Below are positions 1 to 6,355 of a DNA stretch of 6,845 bases, in pieces. The stretch is from Candidatus Helarchaeota ASGARD archaeon Hel_GB_B. Lineage in GTDB: Archaea; Asgardarchaeota; Lokiarchaeia; Helarchaeales; HEL-GB-B. The stretch spans positions 1-6,845 of the forward strand of contig SUPR01000143.1 of the NCBI GenBank assembly GCA_005191425.1, read 5' to 3'. Numbering within the stretch: position 1 is the first letter of the stretch; each line of letters starts with the position of its first letter. A model generated the notes under the pieces. It was not told the DNA's origin and ran no database searches. It saw only the letters and a program-made list of their open reading frames with translations. Both the position numbers and the translations under genes were made by a program.

Positions 1-320
1 ATTATCTTATTTTCTAAATTATTAATTTCTTTAAATTTTACATTTAATCTTAAAATTTATATTTAATATTTTTAAAAAATCGTTATTATCAATGAAAACT
101 TCAAAAAATGGTATTTATTTTAGTAGTTATATCTTCTTTTAACTTGTAATTCTTTTTGCTTTTTATATTTATTGTCTTCGTTATAGAATTAAAATATTTT
201 AAGGTTAAATTTTGTTAGGGACAATTTTTCAAGTTTAATTTTTTTCTTTTAAAAATAAATTGAATTTTAAGGGATATGTTTAAATTTCAAAACAAATTTT
301 AATATACCATTCAATTTAAT

Positions 321-328
321 GGAGATGA
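321..328 (+). promoter_or_regulatory. Shine-Dalgarno-like site (GGAGATGA) for the TTG start at 335
   Basis: GGAGATGA at 321-328 ends 6 nt before TTG 335 and resembles the archaeal GGAGGTGA consensus. Confidence 0.6.
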
Positions 329-334
329 AATTAA

Positions 335-1306
335 TTGGAATACAAAAAGATTCCAAACCAAAGAAAAAAGGATAAAAAGGGAAAGATAGATATTGCGGTA
401 CTCCTTTCATCGATTTTGATAATAGTTTTATCGATATTATCTGTTATTTCTGCATTTTTCATTTATAATATACAGTCCCAAGTTAAAATTAATTCAGAGA
501 ACTCAGATTTAAGATATCGGGTCGTTAGCGCTATTGAGAAAGATGTTGAAATGATCCTCGATGAAGACAAATTAAATCAGCAATTAGCTTTAGGAATACT
601 TGAAGATCTAAAATATTTAAATGAATTAATAAATGAATCAAAGGCATATAACCAAACATACCCTGGTACATATTCAAAAGATGATATAGATTCTATAGCA
701 CTAGAATTTGTCGGTAAAATTGAAATACTTAATAATTTAATTCGCCAGACTTATGCATATAATTGGTCAGAATATAATAATGCCACAAAAGCGAATAATT
801 ACTCTTATTTTGGTATGGAGAACTTTTTAATAAGAAATAATTATCAAAATTTAAAATCTACCCTAGAACAAGAAATCTTATTTTTTATAAATAAAACATA
901 CTATCCAAATGAACCTGAGATATTAGACATAGACCTATATAATTGGGAAGGCGAGATGTTTTATTATCTGGGTATAGTTGAAAAAATAGGACAATATACA
1001 CCTATATTTATAAAAAACACTGGAATCAATATTTCCTCAAGAATGGGCTATGATTATTATATGTTATTGTCTGATGCTTATTACTATAAAATAAATGCAC
1101 AAATATACGATCAAACTTCTGAAATTTTAACAACAGCATTGGTTTTGATGACAGTTGGTACAGTTGTTGTCGCTTTTGTAGTGTCTATTAATCAAAAGAC
1201 ATACATATACACAGCATTAACAATTGGGATAATTGTATCAATTATCAGCATTTGGTTTTTTGGACTGGGTATTACGTATTTCTATACTTATATACTAAAT
1301 ATTTGA
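335..1306 (+). CDS. Uncharacterised 3-TM membrane glycoprotein, paralog A (loosely DUF4337-like architecture)
   Basis: 323-aa ORF. Lys/Arg-rich N-terminus, TM1 (IAVLLSSILIIVLSILSVISAFFIY), ~220-aa polar loop with 7 N-X-S/T sequons, C-terminal TM hairpin (ILTTALVLMTVGTVVVAFVVSI / YIYTALTIGIIVSIISIWFFGLGI). Collinear similarity to the next ORF. Ends TGA-TAA. Family resemblance is from memory, not from a search. Confidence 0.9.
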   Translation: MEYKKIPNQRKKDKKGKIDIAVLLSSILIIVLSILSVISAFFIYNIQSQVKINSENSDLRYRVVSAIEKDVEMILDEDKLNQQLALGILEDLKYLNELINESKAYNQTYPGTYSKDDIDSIALEFVGKIEILNNLIRQTYAYNWSEYNNATKANNYSYFGMENFLIRNNYQNLKSTLEQEILFFINKTYYPNEPEILDIDLYNWEGEMFYYLGIVEKIGQYTPIFIKNTGINISSRMGYDYYMLLSDAYYYKINAQIYDQTSEILTTALVLMTVGTVVVAFVVSINQKTYIYTALTIGIIVSIISIWFFGLGITYFYTYILNI

Positions 1307-1309
1307 TAA

Positions 1310-1315
1310 AGGTGA
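1310..1315 (+). promoter_or_regulatory. Shine-Dalgarno site (AGGTGA) for the ATG at 1323
   Basis: AGGTGA lies 7 nt upstream of ATG 1323, within the 16-nt gap after paralog A. It is the typical archaeal SD and supports co-transcription of the pair. Confidence 0.7.
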
Positions 1316-1322
1316 GATAATA

Positions 1323-2276
1323 ATGAATAAAGTGAAATCTAATAGGAAATTCAAATTTAATATACCTGTACTTGTTTCGACAATATTAATTATAATTTTA
1401 TCACTATTTTCAGTTTTTTCAGCATTTTTCATTTTTAATGTCCAGTTACAAGTAAAAAAATATTCTCAAGAAAATGAATTACGTTATTCTGTTTTAAATA
1501 TAATTGAAAAAGATATTGATAAAATTTTAAGTGATGATACACAAAGACAGCAAATCTCTTTAGACATACAACAAGAAATGCTTTCTTTAAACGAAAACAT
1601 TAAAAATATGAAAAATTACAATGCAACTCATCCTGGAACTTATAACCAGTCGGATATTGATAAAAAAGCAATACAATTTGTATCGAAAATGAAAATTTTA
1701 AACGAACTTATCAGAAATTCATTACCATATAATTGGTCATTAGGCAATTTTGGCACTCATGAAAATAATTATACTGTAAATTATACACAATATTATCTTA
1801 TAATTGACCGCTATCCTCAATTAAAAAAGGATTTAGACCTGGATATCTTGAATATGATAAATAAATCGTTAAACAAAAATGAAACAGAAATTCTCGAAAT
1901 AAATATTTATAATTGGGAAAGTGAACTTTTCAATAACTTAGAAATAGTAGAAGAATACGGACAATACTCTAAAATTTATAATTTATATACTAATACTTGG
2001 ATTAGTGGATTCACTTACTATGAAATAGTTAATGAAGCCGATAAATTATCGCAGATTGCTGGAACATATGACCAATCTGGCTCTATAATGACCACTGCAT
2101 TAGTATTACTTACAGTTGCTGGAGTGATAATTGCATTTGTTGTTTCTATTGACCAAAAAATCTTTATTTGGATTACATTAATTATTGGGGCTATTGTAGC
2201 ATTAATTGGCTTATATCTTTTTGATTTATCATTTTTATATCTTTCTAAAGCAAGCATTATGGCAATATACTGGTAA
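1323..2276 (+). CDS. Uncharacterised 3-TM membrane glycoprotein, paralog B
   Basis: 317-aa ORF with the same layout as 335-1306 and shared blocks: SAFFIxNxQxQVK, LRYxVxxxIEKD, YNxTxPGTY, ILNxLIR, YNWS, YNWExExF, IVExxGQY, YDQxxxIxTTALVLxTV, AFVVSIxQK. 7 sequons in the loop. Confidence 0.92.
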   Translation: MNKVKSNRKFKFNIPVLVSTILIIILSLFSVFSAFFIFNVQLQVKKYSQENELRYSVLNIIEKDIDKILSDDTQRQQISLDIQQEMLSLNENIKNMKNYNATHPGTYNQSDIDKKAIQFVSKMKILNELIRNSLPYNWSLGNFGTHENNYTVNYTQYYLIIDRYPQLKKDLDLDILNMINKSLNKNETEILEINIYNWESELFNNLEIVEEYGQYSKIYNLYTNTWISGFTYYEIVNEADKLSQIAGTYDQSGSIMTTALVLLTVAGVIIAFVVSIDQKIFIWITLIIGAIVALIGLYLFDLSFLYLSKASIMAIYW

Positions 2277-2290
2277 TCTATTGATTATCT

Positions 2291-2320
2291 TCATTTTTTC
2301 TTTATCTTTTTTGTAATTTT
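2291..2320 (+). terminator. Putative archaeal oligo-T terminator after the paralog pair
   Basis: Pyrimidine-rich tract with T6 runs at 2294-2299 and 2307-2312, 18-36 nt after the stop at 2276. T runs are common at this base composition. Confidence 0.45.
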
Positions 2321-2621
2321 GTGGACAAAAATCTTCTAAAACTTATTTTTCAATTCGCACTTTCTATGAACTTTATAAGAGAAATCATAATCCTATTCTT
2401 TACGACCATATTGCATATAGGTTCAACTATTTCTTATCTGGGCTTATTAAATATTATATTGAATTTAGTTCGGAAACTATATATCTAAAAATCCTGTTTA
2501 TTCATTAGTAGAGGCAATTATAAAGACTCATGATTTTAAATTAATTAGACATGTTTATAAAAAATAAAATAAATCTACAAAAACTCTTGAATTTTTAAAA
2601 TAAGATTCCTTGATCGATAAA
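2317..2621 (+). pseudogene. Possible decayed reading frame in the spacer
   Basis: Frame 1 is open for 63 codons (2317-2505). Frame 3 then continues with coding-like, AT-ending codons (SKNPVYSLVEAIIKTHDFKLIRHVYKK, stop 2565-2567; NKSTKTLEFLK, stop 2601-2603; DSLIDK). No homology evidence available. Confidence 0.3.
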
Positions 2622-2622
2622 G

Positions 2623-4176
2623 ATGAAATGGCTGTCTGATGTAAAACTAGGTAAATATAAAGGAATACAACAAGCAGGAATATTATATGGATATACTGAC
2701 CAATATCCTTTATATAATGAACTAGTAGTTCACGAATTAATGGAAAAATTGAATGATGATAACTTAAAAATCAGAAAAAATGCTTACTGGATGGTCACCC
2801 AAATTTCTAAACAATACGACCGCCACAAATATTTAATCCCGTTAATACCAATTCTCAATTTTGGTTTTAAAGAAAAAATTTCTGATATCCGAAAAAATTC
2901 ATTGGAAACATTGCTTAATCTATCCAATACTTTCCCTAAAAAAATCTTTTATATGTACCCAGAAATGATAGAACATTTTGGAAATTTTGATCAAGATAGT
3001 CAAATAATTACTCTTAAGATTTTTACTAATTTTTCAAAAATTTCTCCTTTAACAATTAATGATGATTTTTTGTCTCGATATTTAAGGGAAAAAGGTTTAT
3101 CTAAATATTTATTAAAATTATTGATCCATAAAAAATCCTATTATTCCATTTTTCCTATAATTATTGATAATCTCCAATATGAAGAATTACATTCGTCAAT
3201 TTTTGCGTTTATTGAAGAATCCTGCAAATTATATCCCTTGAAAATTATAAGAGCTCTTAAAAAAACTCTTTCAACTTTTGACCCATTTATAAGGCAAAAT
3301 TCGATTTTAATTTTTCAATATGTAAAATCCAACCCCAAAATATATCTTTTAATTCCAGAGATTTTAAAACTAACAACATCAAAAATTAAATCTATTAGTA
3401 GATTGTCGCTCTATCTTTTATATGATATCCATAATCCGGTTCTTTATAATTTATTATTTTATTCTGACCAGTTATTAAAATTAAGAAAAAGTGGAGATTT
3501 AATTAATAAAATAATTATTAGTTCAATTTTAATAGATTTATCTGGTCTGGATTTCCGAATTGTTAATAAAATAAGGAAAAAATTATTGAAACAACTCTAT
3601 TCTAATCTCGACAACGAGAATATTAGAGTTAAAACAATTGCTACTTTAGGATATTCAAAAATTTTAGTGTACAATGAAAATGATAAAAATTCTGAAAAAA
3701 AAATTATAAACGAGGCAATTCAAATATGCAAAAAAATTTTGAGAAATTATAATATTGTTGATTATAAATTTGAACTATATTATTGGATTGCTCGTCTTTT
3801 TTTTTATCTAAGAGATTTAAACAACGCAAAAAACTTCTTAATAAAAGCATCAAAAATAAATAAGTCATTAATCTATTCTTATAAAAGTAAAATATTACTA
3901 ATTCTAATCAATTTTATCCAACACTTGCCCAAGACTGCACTTAAACTTCAATCAGAATTTAACGAACTATTAAAAGGCAATAGAACTATTGGTAAAAGGA
4001 CAATGTTAGAAATTGAAACCTGGAATTCTATTTTTGACGCATTATCACATTTTAAAATCGAAAAAGCTGTAAATATTTTAACTGAATATTACAATAAAAA
4101 TAAAATTATTAATTATTGGGAAGATAATTTTAGGAATATAATAATAGAAAGTTTAAATTATGTTAATTGGGACTAA
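2623..4176 (+). CDS. HEAT-repeat protein with C-terminal TPR-like region
   Basis: 517 aa with no TM segment. HEAT-like units: LMEKLNDDNLKIRKNAYWMVTQIS, ILNFGFKEKISDIRKNSLETLLNLS, LKKTLSTFDPFIRQNSILIFQYV, ILKLTTSKIKSISRLSLYLLYDI, LYSNLDNENIRVKTIATLGYSKI. TPR-like unit: YYWIARLFFYLRDLNNAKNFLIKASKIN. No clear SD at the ATG. Confidence 0.85.
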   Translation: MKWLSDVKLGKYKGIQQAGILYGYTDQYPLYNELVVHELMEKLNDDNLKIRKNAYWMVTQISKQYDRHKYLIPLIPILNFGFKEKISDIRKNSLETLLNLSNTFPKKIFYMYPEMIEHFGNFDQDSQIITLKIFTNFSKISPLTINDDFLSRYLREKGLSKYLLKLLIHKKSYYSIFPIIIDNLQYEELHSSIFAFIEESCKLYPLKIIRALKKTLSTFDPFIRQNSILIFQYVKSNPKIYLLIPEILKLTTSKIKSISRLSLYLLYDIHNPVLYNLLFYSDQLLKLRKSGDLINKIIISSILIDLSGLDFRIVNKIRKKLLKQLYSNLDNENIRVKTIATLGYSKILVYNENDKNSEKKIINEAIQICKKILRNYNIVDYKFELYYWIARLFFYLRDLNNAKNFLIKASKINKSLIYSYKSKILLILINFIQHLPKTALKLQSEFNELLKGNRTIGKRTMLEIETWNSIFDALSHFKIEKAVNILTEYYNKNKIINYWEDNFRNIIIESLNYVNWD

Positions 4177-4214
4177 AAATAATTAAAAGCACTTGAATAA
4201 ATTTAGTAGATTAC

Positions 4215-4226
4215 TCTTTTTTGCTT
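4215..4226 (+). terminator. Possible oligo-T terminator after the HEAT/TPR gene
   Basis: T6 run at 4217-4222, about 40 nt after the stop at 4176. Weak evidence given the AT content. Confidence 0.3.
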
Positions 4227-4272
4227 TAGTTAATAATAAGAAATTTGAAAATTTGTTAATAAAACCAGAAAA

Positions 4273-4725
4273 TTGAAAATCTTTAAAAATCAAAATTTTA
4301 ATATATTACTAATCGTGAATAAATTGAATCTTTATGGTATCCTTAGATTTAAAAATAAAAAGTTCATTATGTTATCTATCTTATTTTTATTCTTAACAAT
4401 AACCTCTATTATTAGTTCAAGCAATTTAAAAATTCAAAAATTAGGAGAAAAAGTGAATATTGAGGTATTAAATGAGGCAAATTTAATATTTCAATTTAAT
4501 TACGTATCAGAAAATCCGGTTTCAATAAATAAATCATTTTATATAAAATTTTATTTGAATAATACAGGAAATTTAACAGCTATAGATATATACTTCACAA
4601 TTTACAAGAAATTTGGAAATTCTACGGATTTTAATATAATACAAAAATTAAATTATTCGGGTTCTATAGCACCAAATTCACTTTCAAGCCCCCAATATTG
4701 TTATTTAAAGGAAAATAAGATATGA
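4273..4725 (+). CDS. N-terminal part: signal peptide plus incomplete CARDB/Ig-like domain
   Basis: Signal-peptide-like RFKNKKFIMLSILFLFLTITSIISSS. CARDB-like motifs FYLNNTGNLTA and GSIAPNS. 5 sequons (NKS, NNT, NLT, NST, NYS). The true start may be GTG 4315 or TTG 4324 rather than TTG 4273. Confidence 0.7.
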   Translation: MKIFKNQNFNILLIVNKLNLYGILRFKNKKFIMLSILFLFLTITSIISSSNLKIQKLGEKVNIEVLNEANLIFQFNYVSENPVSINKSFYIKFYLNNTGNLTAIDIYFTIYKKFGNSTDFNIIQKLNYSGSIAPNSLSSPQYCYLKENKI

Positions 4726-4740
4726 ACTTATTATTATAAA

Positions 4741-6294
4741 GTGGAAGTCCAGTATAATTATACTTGGAACTCTACAACTTATATGAAATTTGAAAATTCA
4801 TCAAATTTTTGTGTCTCTGTAGTTATGTATCAGCCCTCTGTTTATTTTTACATCATATCCAGAAATGGGTTGACTTTAATTCAAATTAAGTTTAATAATT
4901 TTAACAATTATATAAATTTAAGATATAAATTATTAATTCAAATTTCAGGATCGAAATTAGAAACATATAATTTTAATATATCTTATTCTTCTGCTAAAAC
5001 TTTTATTTATAACATATCTCTTTCTCCTGCTCAATTAAATTGGTGGGATAAATTGATATATTATAGCAACTGGAAAATTGAAAAAAGAATAACATTATTT
5101 TATCGGATACTAGTAAATGATTCAGAAGGAAATAATTATAATGCTTCAGTACAATTTAATAATTATGGCAACGGTCAAACAATATTAATTGATGCGGAGC
5201 ATTTTAGTACATTAATAAGTTTAGAATTTTCTTTATCATTTACAGAAATGTGTATATTTTTCATTATTTTAATTTGTATTATAATTGGAAGTAGCTTTTT
5301 AATAAATTATTTTAGAAAATCTAAGACTGAAGATAAATTATTACCCTTATTTAGAAAAATTCAGAGTTATGAAAAAAGGAAGGTCATTGTTGTGCAATTT
5401 AACCAAATAGAGTTGATAAAATATCGTACTCGAATGATTAATTGGATTGTGAGTCGCACAAATTCACATTTTTTATATATAAAATTAAAATATATCTATC
5501 CTATAATAACTACAGTTTTTATAATAAATTCGCTCGTAAGCTTTATTTTTTTAATAATAAATACCGTTTTAATTAACTTAATTTTTGTATATTGGTCAAT
5601 TGTAAGTCTTATATTATCAGTTATACTCTCACTTATATTCACTATAAAAAACCGGCATTTTTTTAAACAGATTTTCCCCCAGTTTTGTGAAGAAAACCCA
5701 GATATTGAGTTGATTTCAAAAGATACTTGGTTATATACAAAGAAATATCGTTCTTTGTTTGATTTTCTTATGGGATTTGGTCTATATGGTATAGAAATCT
5801 CCATAATAATTTTTATTTCATTAATTTTTGTTGCTCAATATATAATAATAGACCTTTTTACTTTACTAATGATTAGTTTAATTGGTGGATTGATTTTTGG
5901 ATTAATTATTGGATTGATATATTATTATAAATTTAATTATTATATAAATCCAATATTTTTTCTAGGTGTAATATCTTTTACATTCGGATATATCTTTACA
6001 TATAGTTTCAATTTAAACCAAATTCCCTTTTTTATTCCATTAGGAATTTTTCTATTACTTTCTCTTTTAATTGGTTATTTAATAAATAAATTTATCAATA
6101 AATTAATAGACAAAAAATATATCCGAAAAATTGCTAATGACCTTAAATCCTTTTTTGAAAAAAATGAAAAATTATATTTACCTAACCTTACGTGGATTAA
6201 AACACTGAAAAGTCTAAAGTTATTGATCAAATCCTTAAGTTTTACTGATCTTGATTTAATAATTAAAAATGAATATTTAGTCAAAAATTTTTAA
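4741..6294 (+). CDS. C-terminal part: beta-rich glycosylated ectodomain, ~7 TM helices, basic cytoplasmic tail
   Basis: 517 aa as called. Residues 1-165 are beta-rich with 7 sequons. Hydrophobic segments at about aa 170-191, 251-273, 276-302, 342-370, 372-396, 401-423 and 428-448. The GTG at 4741 has no SD and no signal peptide follows it, so it is probably not a real start. Confidence 0.8.
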   Translation: MEVQYNYTWNSTTYMKFENSSNFCVSVVMYQPSVYFYIISRNGLTLIQIKFNNFNNYINLRYKLLIQISGSKLETYNFNISYSSAKTFIYNISLSPAQLNWWDKLIYYSNWKIEKRITLFYRILVNDSEGNNYNASVQFNNYGNGQTILIDAEHFSTLISLEFSLSFTEMCIFFIILICIIIGSSFLINYFRKSKTEDKLLPLFRKIQSYEKRKVIVVQFNQIELIKYRTRMINWIVSRTNSHFLYIKLKYIYPIITTVFIINSLVSFIFLIINTVLINLIFVYWSIVSLILSVILSLIFTIKNRHFFKQIFPQFCEENPDIELISKDTWLYTKKYRSLFDFLMGFGLYGIEISIIIFISLIFVAQYIIIDLFTLLMISLIGGLIFGLIIGLIYYYKFNYYINPIFFLGVISFTFGYIFTYSFNLNQIPFFIPLGIFLLLSLLIGYLINKFINKLIDKKYIRKIANDLKSFFEKNEKLYLPNLTWIKTLKSLKLLIKSLSFTDLDLIIKNEYLVKNF

Positions 6295-6355
6295 TCAGAA
6301 AATTAGTCCAGTTTGGCTTTATAGTGGAGATTTATTTAAATTTTTCATTGGATTT

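Larger units (their letters stand above)
4273..6294 (+). pseudogene. Single gene interrupted by one in-frame TGA (4723-4725): signal peptide, Ig-like ectodomain, ~7 TM helices, cytoplasmic tail
   Basis: The 4273 and 4741 ORFs are in the same frame and joined by TGA ACT TAT TAT TAT AAA GTG, giving KENKI*TYYYKVEVQY. The stop sits at the Gly position of a G-x-Y beta-strand of a CARDB/Ig-like fold. It could be a nonsense mutation, a sequencing error or readthrough. Confidence 0.7.

Noticed and set aside
32-202. Inverted repeat (32-40/51-59) and 14-bp palindrome TTAAAATATTTTAA (189-202)
   Set aside because: Composed only of A and T in a region of about 85-90% AT; expected by chance.
1-240. Possible frameshifted minus-strand gene remnant
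   Set aside because: Only short Lys/Asn/Ile-rich open stretches without a start codon, needing several assumed shifts; indistinguishable from AT-rich noise.
319-375. 18-aa ATG ORF overlapping the start of paralog A, possibly frameshifting at the A6 run
   Set aside because: The TTG at 335 has a well-spaced SD and needs no frameshift; short ORFs are expected by chance.
2018-2257. 79-aa minus-strand ORF
   Set aside because: Lies entirely antisense to the conserved TM hairpin of paralog B; shadow ORF.
2321-2488. 55-aa hydrophobic GTG ORF in frame 2
   Set aside because: No SD, and its third positions are more GC-rich than in the overlapping frame 1, so it is more likely the off-frame of the remnant.
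4723-4725. Genome-wide TGA recoding (table 4 or 25) or selenocysteine
   Set aside because: All 28 Trp residues in the five main frames use TGG and Gly uses GGN. In recoded AT-rich genomes TGA would be frequent, but there is only one internal case. No SECIS-like element recognised, and the context favours Gly.
5496-5804. 102-aa minus-strand ORF
   Set aside because: Antisense to the TM-coding, T-rich part of the 7TM gene, which yields Lys/Ile/Asn-rich shadow frames.
6075-6284. 69-aa minus-strand ORF
   Set aside because: Antisense to the tail of the 7TM gene, with no independent support.
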